Assembly: GCF_963921235.1 (NCBI RefSeq)
Contig: NC_086097.1
Span: 9,114,001 to 9,178,000 of the forward strand
Direction: 5' to 3'
Length of the DNA stretch: 64,000 bases
DNA from: Mobula hypostoma
Lineage: Eukaryota
Position 1 is the stretch's first letter. The number at the start of each line of letters is the position of its first letter. The position numbers and the translations under genes were made by a program. The notes beneath the pieces are model-generated. The model had not been told where the DNA came from and searched no databases. It saw nothing but the letters and a program-made list of their open reading frames with translations. Of this stretch, positions 1 through 12,029 are shown one piece after another.

Positions 1-815
1 CAGTGATAGCTATGTGGAGTGCCAAGCTTTAGATGTTTCAGAAAGGACAGGGAGGGAAGCAAAAGAGGTGGGGGCATGGCACTGCTGATCAGTGATAGTG
101 TCACAGCTGCAGAAAAGGTGGACGCCATGGAGGGATTATCTACTGAGTCTCTGTGGGTGGAGGTTAAGAACAAGAAAGGGTCAATAAATCTACTGGGTGT
201 TTTTTATAGACCACCCAATAATAACAGGGACGTAGAGGAGCAGATAGGGAGACAGATTCTGGAACGGTGCAACAATAACAGGGTTGTCATGATGGAAGAT
301 TTTAATTTCCCCAAAATTGATTGGCATCTCTCTAAAGCAAGGGGTTTATATGGGGTGGAGTTTGTTAGGTGTGTTCAGGAGGTTTTCTGACTAAATATGT
401 AGATAAGCTGACAAGAGGAGAGGCTGTACTTGATCTGGTATTGGGAAATGAACCTGGTCAGGTGTCAGGTCTCTCAGTGGGAGAGCATTTTTGGAGATAA
501 TGATCACATTTCTATCTCCTTTACCATAGCATTGGAGAGGAATAGGAGTAGACAAATCAGGAAAACATTTAATTAGAGTAAGGGGAAATATGAAGCTATC
601 AGGCAGGAACTTGGAAGCATACATTGTGAGCAGATGTTCTCAGGGAGAGGTATGGCAGAGGCAGGGAAAGAATGGTAGGGTAAAGGAACCATGGCGTACA
701 AAAGCATTGGAAACTCTAGTCAAGAAGAAAAGAAAAGCTTATGAAAGGTTCAAAAAAGTAGGTAATGATAGAGATCTAGAAAATTATAAGGCCAGCAGGA
801 AGGAGCTTAAGAATG

Positions 816-2768
816 TGTAACGTTCCGTTATATTGGCCCGTATATGTCTAGGGGAAATCCCACACAGCACCTGCCTCAACACTCCCCACACTGTCGGTCG
901 CCGCCCGAATCAAGCCCAAACATCAATCATCAGCCAGCACACCCAGTAAATTTTAACAAGTTCACTTTATAGATATTACTAATTCTATGACATTAATATA
1001 AATTTGATACAGAGAGGAAAGTAATGAAAAAAAAAGGCGCCAGACTTATCAAAGTCCAAGTACTTCGTGCACAACCGTTGGAGCTCAATCAATTCCTGTT
1101 GACCACCCGGATCCTGTCGACTCACCGCTCGGGACCACCCGGAGTGATCGACCGGAGCCTCTCCGCACGTCGGCCGTCCTCCCCGTCTCTCCACCGCCCT
1201 CCCCGTCTCTCCTCCGACTCCCCGTCAAAAACCCCCGCACGTCCACCATCCTTCTCGTCTCTCCTCCGACTCCCCATCTCTCCTCTGACTCCCCGTCTCT
1301 CCTCCAACTCCCCATCTCTCCACAGTCCTCCCCGTCTCTCCTCCGACTCCCCGTCTCTCCTCCGACTCCCCGTCTCTCCACCATCCTCCTCGTCTCTCCA
1401 CCGTCCTCCCCATCTCTTCTGAACTCCCCATCTCTCCTCCGTCTCCCCGTCTCTCCTCCGACTCCCCGCCAAAACCCCGTCCGCCGTCTTCTCCGTCTCT
1501 CCTCCGACTCCCCGTCTCTCCACCATCCTCCCCGTCTCTCCTCCGACTCCCTGTCAAAAATCCCCGCACGTCCACCATCCTTCTCGTCTCTCCTCCGACT
1601 CCCCATCTCTCCTCTGACTCCCCGTCTCTCCTCCGACTTCCCATCTCTCCACAGTCCTCCCCGTCTCTCCTCCGACTCCCCGTCTCTCCTCCGACTCCCC
1701 GTCTCTCCACCATCCTCCTCGTCTCTCCACCGTCCTCCCCATCTCTTCTGAACTCCCCATCTCTCCTCCGTCTCCCCGTCTCTCCTCCGACTCCCCGCCA
1801 AAACCCCGTCCGCCGTCTTCTCCGTCTCTCCTCCGACTCCCCGTCTCTCCACCATCCTCCCCGTCTCTCCTCCGACTCCCTGCCAAAAATCCCCGCACGT
1901 CCACCATCCTTCTCGTCTCTCCTCCGACTCCCCATCTCTCCTCTGACTCCCCGTCTCTCCTCCAACTCCCCATCTCTCCACCGTCCTCCCCATCTCTCCT
2001 CCGACTTCCCATCTCTCCACAGTCCTCCCCGTCTCTCCTCCGACTCCCCGTCTCTCCACCGTCCTCCTCGTCTCTCCACCGTCCTCCCCATCTCTTCTCA
2101 ACTCCCCGTCTCTCCTCCGTCTCCCCGTCTCTCCTCCGTCTCCCCGTCTCTCCTCCGACTCCCCGCCAAAACCCCGTCCGCTGTCTTCTCCGTCTCTCCT
2201 CCGACTCCCCGTCTCTCCACCATCCTCCCCGTCTCTCCTCCGACTCCCCGCCAAAAACCCCGTCTGCCGTCCTCCCCGTCTCTCCTCCGACTCCCCGTCT
2301 CTCCTTCGACTCCTCATCTCTCCTCCGACTCCCCGTCTCTCCACCATCCTCCCCGTCTCTCCTCCGACTCCTCGCACAAACCCCATCCACCGTCCTCCCC
2401 GTCTCTCCACAGTCCTCCTCGTCTCTCTTTCGACTCCCCGTCAAAAACCCCCGCACGTCCACCGTCCTCCCCGTCTCTCCTCCGACTCCTCGTCAAAACC
2501 CCGTCTCTCCTCCGACTCCCCCCCAAAAACCCCTGTCCACCGTCCTCCTCGTCTCTCCTCCGACTTCCCCACCAAAACCCCGTCCACAGTCATATGATAT
2601 AGCATGGTATCCGAAAACAAAACGATACATGACCATCCATTGGTTAATAGCACCCTGCTGTCTGTACTAACCCAAGCAACTGTCTAGTTAGAGACTGTCT
2701 CAGCATTCCTCAGTATAACATAACAAGAGAAGCCATTTTAAATTTAACAAAAAGAAAGACCCCGTACA
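816..2768. mobile_element. Solo LTR (TG...CA ends, 4-bp TSD, probably Gypsy-type) containing an expanded tandem array
   Basis: Starts TGTAAC at 816 and ends GTACA at 2768. Flanked by AATG at 812-815 and 2769-2772. Removing it restores the CR1 sequence cttaagaatgaaattaggagagcc, similar to the sister copy near 59650. Confidence 0.8.
1175..2590. repeat. C/T-rich minisatellite of ~19-bp monomers (ctccccgtctctcctccga) with a 329-bp higher-order period
   Basis: The landmark gcacgtccaccatccttctcg recurs at 1237, 1566 and 1895, spaced 329 bp apart. Monomer variants occur throughout. Confidence 0.93.
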
Positions 2769-2936
2769 AATGAAATTAGGAGAGCCAGAAGGGGCCATAA
2801 GAAGGCCTTGGTGAGCAGGATTAAAGGAAATCCCAAGACATTTCAAATGTATGTGAAGAGCAAGATGATAAGACATGAGAGAATCAGACCAATCAAGTGT
2901 GACAGTGGAAAAGTGTGTATGGAAACAAAAGAGATA

Positions 2937-3597
2937 GACCATAAGACCATAAGATTTAGGAGCAGAAGCAGGCCATTCGGCCCATTGAGTCTGCTCTGCC
3001 ATTCAATCAAGGGCTGATCCACTTCATCCATTCACCCCCACTCTCTTGCTTTAACCTGTTCCCTTTGATGTCCTGGCTAATCAAGAACCTATCTACCTCT
3101 GCCTTAAATACACCAATGACTTGGCCTCCTCAGCCGCTCCTGGCAACAAATTCCACAGATTTACCACCCTCTGACCAAAGTAATTTCTTCGCATCTCAGT
3201 TCTAAAAGGACCTCCTTCAATCCTGAAGTCGTGCCCTCTTGTCCTAGAATCCCCTACCACGGGAAATAACTTTGCCATATCTAATCTGTTCAGGCCTTTT
3301 AACATTCAGAATGTTTCTATGAGATCCTCTCTCATTCTCCTGAACTGCAGGGAATACAGCCCAAGAGCTGCAAGACGTTCCTCAAATGGTAACCCTTTCA
3401 TTCTTGGAATCATTCTCGTGAATCTTCTCTGAAACCTCTCCAGTGTCACCTCCACCTACCTTTGTATCATCGGAAAATTTAGCCACAAGTCCCTTAATAC
3501 TGTAGTCCATATTATTGACGTACATCGTAAAAAGTAATGGTCCCAACACCGACCCCTGTGGAACTCCACTGGTAACCGGCAGCCAGCCAGAATAGGA
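2937..3597 (-). mobile_element. CR1 LINE 3' fragment with internal deletion, antisense
   Basis: (accataag)n is the reverse complement of the cttatggt tail. Minus ORF reads MLKGLNRLDMAKLFP...RVVNLWNLLP, joined to an RT piece (GVPQGSVLGP) near 3540-3575. Confidence 0.85.
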
Positions 3598-5187
3598 TAT
3601 TCACTATGGAAAAGGACCTTGGCGATTATAGGAATGGCTTACAGCAGACTGAAAAGCTTGTGCATGTATACATTAAGGAAGAGGATATGCAGGAGCTTTT
3701 GGAAATCATCAAGTTGGATAAGTCACTGGGACTGGACGAGATATTCCCCAGGCTACTGTGGGAGGTGAGGGAGGAGATTGCTGAGCCTCTGGCAATGATC
3801 TTTGCATCATCAACCAGAGAGGTTCCAGAGGATTGGAGGGTTGCAGATAGTGTTCCCTTATTCCAGAAAGGGAGTAGAGATAGCCCATGAAATTATAGAC
3901 CAGTGAGTCTTACTTCAGTGGTAAGTTGATGGAAAACATCCTGAGAGGTATGACTTATGCCTTATGAGCCTGATTGAATGTTTTGTGGCTATGACTAAAC
4001 AAGTTGATGAAGGTAGAGCAGTAGATGCAGTTTATATGGATTTCAGCAAGGCATTTGATAACGTACCCCATGCAAGGATACTTGAAAAAGTAAGGAGGCA
4101 TAGGATCCAAGGGGACCTTTCATTATGGATCCAGAACTGGCTCGCATACAGAAGGCAAAGAGAGGTGTAGACGAGTCATTTTCTACACGGAGGTCGGTGA
4201 CCAGTGGTGTGCCTCAGGGATCTGTTCTGGGACCCCTTCTCTTTGTGATGTTTATAAATGACTTTGCTGAGGAAGTGGAAGGATGGAAGGATGGGTTAGT
4301 AAATCTGCAGATGACACAACTGTTGGGGTGTTGTGGATAGTGTGGCGTGCTGTCAGAGGTTACAGCAGGACATCAATAGGACGCAAAACTGGGCTGAGAA
4401 GTGGCAGATGGAGTTCAAATCTGATAAGTGTGAGGTGGTTCATTTTGGTAGATCAAATATGATGGCAGAATATAGTACTAGTGGTAAGACTCTTGGTAGT
4501 GTGGAAGATCATAGGGATCTTGGGGATCGAGTCCATAGGACACTCAAGACTGCTGCGCAGGTTGACTCTGTGGTTAAGAAGGCATATGGTGTATTGGCTT
4601 TCATAATGTTACAGCTATATAGGACCCTGGTCAGACCCCACTTGGAGTACTGTATTCAGTTCTGGTCACCTCACTACAGGAAGGATGTGGAAACTATAGT
4701 AAGGGTGCAGAGGAAATTTACAAGGATGTTGCCTGGATTGGAGAACATGCCTTATGACAATAGGTTGTGTGAACTTGGCCTCTTCTCCTTGGAACAACGA
4801 AGGATGAGAGGTGACCTGATAGAGGTGTATAAGATGATGAGAGGCATTATTTGTGTGGATAATCAGAGGCTTTTTCCCAGGGCTGAAATGGCTAACATGA
4901 GAGTGCACAGTTTTAAGTTGCTTGGAAGTAGGTACAGAGGAGATGTCAGGGGTAAGATTTTTTATGCAGGGAGTGGTGAGTGCGTGGAATGGGCTGCTGG
5001 CGAGATGGTCAAGACAGATACAATAGGGTCTTTTAAGATAGTCTTGGATAGGTACATGGAGCTTAGTAAAATAGAGGGCTATAGTTACCCTAGGTAATTG
5101 CTAAAGTAAGTACGTGTTCAGCAAAGCATTGTGGGCTGAAGGGCCTGTATTGTGCAGTAGGTTTTCTACATTTCTAAGTTCTATGTT

Positions 5188-5495
5188 AGCTTGAAGGTTG
5201 CGTCAGTGCTGAGGAAGGGAAATACAATGTTAGCATTCTTTCAAGAGGTCTAGAGTACAAGAGTAGGAATGTGATACTGAGGCTTTATAAGGCACTGGTG
5301 AGGCCTCACCTTGAGTATTGTTAGCAGTCCTGGGCTCCTCATCTTAGAAAATGTGCTGGCATTGGAGAGGGTCCAGAGGAGGTTCACAAGGATGATTGTA
5401 GGAATAAAAGGGTTATCATATGAGGAACATTTAATTGCTCTGGGCCTGAACTCGCTGGAATTTAGAAGGATGAGGGAGGATCTCATTGAAACTGT
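5188..5495 (+). mobile_element. CR1 ORF2 C-terminal fragment
   Basis: ALERVQRRFTRMI...LEFRRMREDLIE translation. Confidence 0.8.
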
Positions 5496-6303
5496 GCAAT
5501 GAGACAGGTAAGATTAATAATTTTGTAGTCAGGGATCCTCTTGGAATTTCGCATACAGATGGAGGATGAAATAGTTAGATCTAAAACTAGTATATTATGC
5601 TTGAACAAGGGAGGCTACAACAGGACGAGGGAGGAGTTGGCTAATGTGGATTGGGAGCACAGGCAGTTTGGTAGGAGAGTTGATGAACAGTGGAATACTT
5701 TCAAAGAGATTTTTCACAGTGCTCAAAAAAATATATATTCCAGTCAAAAGTAAGGACAGTAAGTGTGGGGAGAGCCAGCCTTGGATAACTAAGGAAATAA
5801 AAGATAGTATCAAATTAAGAGCTCATGTGTACAAAGTCGCGAAGAGTAGTGGGAGACTGGAGGTTGGGAAAACTTTAAAAAACAACAAAGAACAACTAAA
5901 CAAGAAATAAGAAAAGGGAAGATAGAGTATGAAAGTAAATTAGCACAAAATATAAAAACAGATAGCAGAAGTTTTAATAAATATATAAAGCGGAAGAGGG
6001 TGGCTAAAGTCAAAGTAGGTCCCTTGGAAGATGAGAAGGGGAATTTCATATTGGGTGACAAGGAAATAGCTGAGGCATTTAACAACTATTTTGTGTAGGT
6101 CTTCACTGTGGAGGACATGTCTAATATGCCAAAGAATGATGTTATAGATGAAATAGGAGGTGAGGACCTTGATAAAATCACTGTCACTAAAGAGATAGTG
6201 ATGAGAAAACCAGAGGGCCTGAAGGCAGATAAGTCCCCTGGTCCTGATGGGATGCATCCCAGGGTGCTGAAGGAATTTATGGAGGTTATAGTAGATGCGT
6301 CGG

Positions 6304-9300
6304 CCAGCTCCACCTGCTCCCCTGCCTGCACTCGGTGTGCAAGGGATGCCTGCATGACGCGCTCAGTGCGGGCTCTAGCCCGCAGGCTGAAGGTGAAATC
6401 AGCACAAAAAGCAAGCAGCTGCGGGCCCAGCAGGTGCATACCCTGATGCTGCCTCTTGGTGAGGCCGAGGCCGGAGCCCGGCCCCGGGCCGCCCGCCGCC
6501 ACCGCACCGTCGGCGGCTTGCAGCCAGTGCGAGGCAGCAGCAGGCGGAGGGGACGAGGCCCGATGCCTGGAGCTGGCCTGCCGCTCGTCGCGACCGCCGC
6601 CGCCCACCCCCACCGCCTGGTAAGGCCAGTGCGGCGGCGAGCTGCGAGCCCACTTCCATAGGCCAGTAACCAAGGTGATCATCCCAACGGCGGAGCAGGC
6701 GGAAGAGGAGACATCTCCCAACGGCTGCAAAGGCGGATGAGGATGCCCAACATTGGGTAGGGAGGCTTGCGAGCACGCCGCAAGAACTGCCGTAGACCCA
6801 CAACACTCAGGGTTTGTCTACCTAGCGTGTGAAGCCTGGATTTGGCGGACTGCATGGAAGAAACCATCACTGGTTCAATGGGCAGAAAGGCGATTCTCAG
6901 CAATGCGTCGCGGAGCGTTAATAGGGCAGAGTGAGACACACAGAACACTGCTGGCCATCCACTGCATCCTGACCTATCTCCAGCCATCTCGACTATGTCT
7001 TGCCACTGGGTCCAGATCGGCCGGGACGAGAGAATGAGGCTGACGACCTGCGCAACTCTCCCTCACTTTAATCCAAGTCAAGCGCAAGTCATGACTTCAA
7101 ACCCAACGCGCAACCTTAATTCTTGTGGCGATGGGGTAGTGGCGAAGCAGCAGGTATGGAGACACTGGAAGCTGTAGTCACAAACCTGCACCCAGGCATA
7201 GTGTCGCTCTCTACTGGACCGAAGCAGCAGTTGAGTTCGGCAGCCCCCTGGGTGTCTGAGCAGCCCTCTTTAGGATCGCTGTGCTCACCTCCATGGAGGA
7301 AGGGGCTGGAAAAGGTGCCTGAAACATAGTCTGCTTCACTTCACCCTGGCCAGCTTACCGCGGCTGGTGGGGATCCCACATAGCGGTCGACCTACAACAG
7401 TGAAGAAGAAAGTGATGGTGCTCAACCTTGGCACATGGAACGTGAGAACTCTGTGAGATAACGTCAAGGCAGACAGACCAGAGAAAAGAACTGCACTGGT
7501 TGCAAAAGAGCTAGCTCGCTACAACGTGGACATAGCAGCTCTCAGCAAAACGCCCCTAGCAGACAAGGGCCAGCTGACAGAATGTAGTGGTGGATACACG
7601 TTCTTCTGGAGCGGTCGCAGCAGCGCTGAACGACGAGAAGCAGGCGTGGGATTTGCCATCAATTCTAACCTCGCCCGTAAACTCACCTAGCACCCAGAGA
7701 GCATCAACGACCACCTGATGACACTTCAGCTCCCACTTGCAAACAAGAAGAGTGCTATGCTGATTAGTGCCTACGCTCCCACCATGACCAACCCAGATGA
7801 CATTAAAGACAAGTTCCATGAAGAACTCGATGCCCTCATCTCAGCAATCCCACAGTAAGAGAAGCTCATCGTTCTCAGGGACTTCAATGCCAGAGTAGGG
7901 ACAGACTACCAAACCTGGGAAGGGATCATTGGAAGACACGGCACTGGCAAGTGTAACAACAACGGCCTTCTGCTCCTCAAGACATGTGCCACACACGACC
8001 TTGTCATCACCAACACCCTGTTCCGCTTACCCACCCGTAAGAAGACGTCATGGATGCACCCACGCTCGAAGCACTGGCATCTGATTGACTACATCATCAC
8101 CAGGAAGAGGGACAGGATGGATGTCAGAGTGACGAGAGCCATGTGTGGTGCCGACTGCTGGACCGACCACCGCCTCATTGTGTCCAAGTTCAGGCTTCGC
8201 ATTCTGCCCATGAGAAGACCCCAAGGACAGAAGACTACAAAAAGGCTGAATGTCTCTAAGCTGAAAAGCAGTAGGGTTGCAGAAGAATTCGTCGATGCCC
8301 TTGAAGGCAGACTGCCAGACACACCACAGGATGACGGGACCAGCGTTGAGGAACAGTGGACGGCCTTCAGAGATGCTGTCTACACTATCGCCCTCGAGCA
8401 TCTCGGACCAGCAACCCGAAGAAACCAAGACTGGTTCGATGAGAGTGATGAAGAAATACAGGCACTACTAACGAAGAAACATCAACATTACAGAGCGCAT
8501 CAGTACGACCCCACGTCGCTAGCCAAGAAAGATGCCTTCACCAACGCAAGAAGAAAGGTGCAGAAAAAACTTCGCAAGATGCAGGACAGCTGGTTCAGCA
8601 AGAAGGCCGATGAAATCCAGGGCTATGCAGACAGTCACGACATAAGGCGCTTCTACAATGCGCTTAAGGCTGTATACGGACCCCAGTCCTCCGGCTCCTC
8701 ACCTCTCCTCAACGAAGATGAGACGCAGCTGCTGACAGAGAAGAAGCAGATTCTGGATCGGTGGGCTGAGCACTTTAACAAATTCCTTAACCACCCTGCC
8801 AACATCAACGACGAGGCCATTGCCCGCCTGCCCCAGGTAGAGATCAACAAGAACCTCGACACCCTGCCCACAGTAGATGAAGTCAGGAAGGCAGTGAAGC
8901 AACTCTCCTGTGGCAAAGCACCAGGACCCGATGCAATCCCTGCTGAGGTATACAAAGCAGGAGGCCCTGTCATGATGCAAAAGCTGACTGTACTCTTCCA
9001 GTCCATGTGGAAAAAGGGACAGGTCCCACAACAGCTGAAAGATGCCAGCATAGTCCACATCTACAAGAGGAAAGGCAACCGCCAGTCTTGCGACAACCAC
9101 CGAGACATCTCCCTCTTGTCCATTGCGGGGAAGATTCTGGCCCGCGTCCTGCTCAACCGCCTTCTCCAACATCTTGAGCAAGGTCTGCTCCCAGAAAGCC
9201 AGTGCGGCTTCCGTGCTGAACGTGGGACCGCGGACATGATTTTTGCTGCGCGCCAACTCCAGGAAAAATGCCAGGAGCAACACAGCAACCTCTTCGTGAC

Positions 9301-10674
9301 CTTTGTCGATCTAACCAAGGCTTTCGATATGGTCAGCAGAGAAGGCTTGTGGAAGATCATGGAGAAGTTTGGCTGCCCCAGCAAGTTCATCATAGTCGTC
9401 CGGCAGTTCCACGACGGTATGATGGTGAAAGTTCTGGATGACGGTGATGAGTCGGAGGCCTTCCCAGTGACAAATGGTGTCAAACAAGGCTGCGTTCTTG
9501 CCCCGACTCTGTTCAGTATGACATTCTCTGCCATGCTGACAGATGCCTTCCTTAACTACGAAGAAGGAATCCACGTCAGGTACAGGACTGACGGCAGGTT
9601 GTTCAACCTTAGGCGCCTGCAGGCAGTTACAAAGGTGCGAGAGACCGTCATCAGAGACTTCTTGTTTGCTGATGACTGCGCACTCAACGCCAGCACAGAG
9701 CAGGAGATGCAGCGTGAAATGGACTGCTTCTCACAAGCCTGCGACAACTTTGGACTCACTATCAGCACCAAAAATACCGAAGTTATGTACCAGCCTGCCC
9801 CAGGAAAGCCATACCAGGAGCCGCGCATCACGGTGAAGGGCCAGAACCCCCGGGCAGTCGACAACTTCACCGACCTGGGCAGCATACTCTCTCGCGCAGT
9901 GAACATAGACACTGAGGTCAACAACAGGATTGCCAAAGCCAGCACCGCCTTTGGGAGACTCCGTGAGAACGTCTGGGAGCGGAGAGGACTCAGCCTTACC
10001 ACCAAGCTGAAGGTCTACTGTGCAGTGGTCCTTACCACCCTCCTTTACCCCAGCGAGACCTGGACTGTCTACAGCAGACACGCCAAACAGCTCAACCACT
10101 TTCACCTGAGCTGTCTCCGCAGACTCCTCCACATCAGGTGGCAGGACAAAGTCCCCGACTCGGAAATCCTGGAACGAGCTGGGCTCTGCAGCGTCTACAC
10201 CCTCCTGCTGAAAGCCCAAGCCAGGTGGGCTGGACATGTGGTCAGAATGCCAGACAGCCGATTGCCTGAGCAGCTGCTGTACGGAGAACTGTGTCAGGGC
10301 AAGCGCTCAGTCGGGGGGCAGAAGAAACGTTATAAAGACTGCCTCAAAGCGTCCCTCAAAGGCCTGGGTGTCGACATCAACACGTGGGAGACGCTTGCCC
10401 TCAACCGTCCAGCTTGGCGCAGCAAGATCACCACAGGAGCCCGTGCAGCTGAAGTCAGGCGCATCATCGAGGCGCAACGAGAGCGTGCTGTGCGCAAGGC
10501 CCGAGCAGCATCCACTGCCACGACAGCACCCACCCACTTGTGTCCCACATGTGGGCGAGCCTTCAGGGCCCGGATTGGCCTCATCAGTCACCTCCGGACC
10601 CACAGTCACCAATCTCCCATTTGACTTTGAAGCCATGGTCATCTTCGACTACGAAGGACGAACAACAACAACAA
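6304..10674 (+). mobile_element. RTE-clade non-LTR retrotransposon, near full length, with long 5' leader and (CAA)n tail
   Basis: Single long endonuclease-RT frame, short 3' UTR, aacaacaacaacaa tail at ~10661-10674. Visibly more GC- and CpG-rich than the flanks. The exact 5' boundary is uncertain. Confidence 0.93.
7415..10624 (+). pseudogene. RTE ORF: AP endonuclease, reverse transcriptase and C-terminal C2H2 zinc finger, with three premature stops
   Basis: ATG at 7415 (MVLNLGTWNVRTL) is in frame with the 856-aa ORF 8054-10624. In-frame stops are TGA 7454, TAG 7688 and TAA 7856. Motifs: SAYAPT, DFNARVG, TDHRL, FVDLTKAFD, GVKQGCVLAP, LFADD, CPTCGRAFRARIGLISHLRTH. Confidence 0.93.
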
Positions 10675-12029
10675 TCATTTGCCAAAATTCTCTGGGCAGG
10701 TCCCGGCGGATTGGAGGACAGCAAATGTCACGCCACCTTTTAAAAAAGAATGTGGGCAAAAGATGGGCAACCATAGGCCAGTTAGCTTAACATCTGTAGT
10801 TGGGAAAATGCTTGAAGCTGTCATTAGAGAAGATATAGCAAAACATTTAGAAAAGAGTGGTTCCATTAGACAGACGCAGCATGGATTCAGAAAGGGCCAG
10901 GTCCTGTTTGACAAACTTACTGGAGTTCTTTGAGGACATAATGAGGTATGGATACATGGAGTCAGAGCAAATGTATTGGTTAACTAACAGAAGACAGAGA
11001 GTTGGTATAAATGGGAGTTTCTCTGGTTGTCAGTCAGTGGTGAGTGGGGTGCCGCAGGGGTCGGTGCTGGGCCTGCAGCTGTTTACCATTTACATTGATG
11101 ACTTGGAAGAGGGAGCTGAGTGTAGTGTAGCAAAATTTGCTGAACTGAGTGGACAAGCAAATTGTACAGAGGAGGTGGAGAGTCTGCAGAGGGATATAGA
11201 TAGGTTAAGTGAGTCAGCCAAGTTCTGGCAGATGGAGTACAATGTTGGTAAATGCGAGATCATCCACTTAGGAAGGAATAATAGAAGAGCAGATTGTTAT
11301 TTAAATAGTAAAAGATTGCAGCATACTGTTGTGCAGAGGGACTTGGGAATGCTTGTGCATGAATCGCAAAAAGTTGGCTTGCAGGTACAACAGGTTATTA
11401 GGAAGGCAAACAGAATGTTGGCCCTCATTGCCACAGGGATTGAATTCAAGAGCAGGAGGTCATGCTGCGACTATACAGGGTACTGGTGAGGCTGCACCTG
11501 GAGTACAGTGTACAGTTCTGGTCTCCATACTTGAGGAAGGATATACTGGCTTTGGAGGCAGTGCAGAGGAGGTTCACCAGGTTGATTCCAGAGATGAAGG
11601 AGTTAACTTATGAGGAGAGATTGAGCCACCTGGGACTATACTCTCTGGAGTTCAGAAGAAAGAGAGTGGATCTAATAGATTACAAAATTTTGAAAGGGAT
11701 AGATAAGATAGAAGGAGTAAAGTTGTTTCCATTGGTAGGTGAGACTAGAACTAGGGGACTGTGGAAGCAGTTGAGGATTCTTCACTAAGTATATTTAAGA
11801 TACAGTTAGATAGATTTTTACATAGTAGAGGAATTAAGGGTTATGGGGAAAAGGCAGGTAGATGGAGCTAAGTTTCCGGACAGATCAGCCATGATCTTAT
11901 TGAATGGCGGGGCAGGTTCGATGGGCCTGATGTCCTACTCCTGCTCCTATTTCTTATGTTCTTATGTAAATCTTTCGAATATTGAAAGATCTAGACAGAG
12001 TAGTTGTCTAAATCTAACATAGTGAGCTA

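Larger units (their letters stand above)
1..5187 (+). mobile_element. CR1-clade LINE (HER1-like), degenerate ORF2 from endonuclease to 3' tail, interrupted by a solo LTR (816-2768) and an antisense CR1 fragment (2937-3597)
   Basis: ORF pieces carry APE-endonuclease motifs (GGGMALL, GVFYRPPN, DFNFP) and RT motifs (YMDFSKAFD, GVPQGSVLGP, LVRPHLEYC). The element ends in a ttcta-type tail near 5163-5187. CR1 sequence resumes after each insertion. Confidence 0.92.
5500..11967 (+). mobile_element. CR1 LINE (5' truncated) split by an RTE insertion at ~6304-10674
   Basis: The left part ends KSPGPDGMHPRVLKE...IVDA. The right part resumes with QNSL..VPADWRTANVTP, then GVPQGSVLG and the tail ttcttatgttcttatg at ~11951-11967. 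Confidence 0.88.

Noticed and set aside
1175..2590. Possible CRISPR array
   Set aside because: There are no unique spacers and no cas genes, and the context is eukaryotic. It is a minisatellite.
1085..2653. Long Arg/Gly/Glu-rich minus-strand ORFs (up to 441 aa) and the Pro/Ser-rich plus ORF
   Set aside because: They are open in all three frames because the tandem array rarely contains stop codons. The 329-bp period is not a multiple of three.
6620..6780. HDV-like ribozyme at the RTE 5' leader
   Set aside because: Short helices are present (tcatcc/ggatga, tgcccaa/ttgggta), but I could not assemble a nested double pseudoknot by eye.
8048..10642. Multiple antisense and alternate-frame ORFs over the RTE
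   Set aside because: Shadow ORFs of a GC-rich coding sequence with no recognisable motifs.
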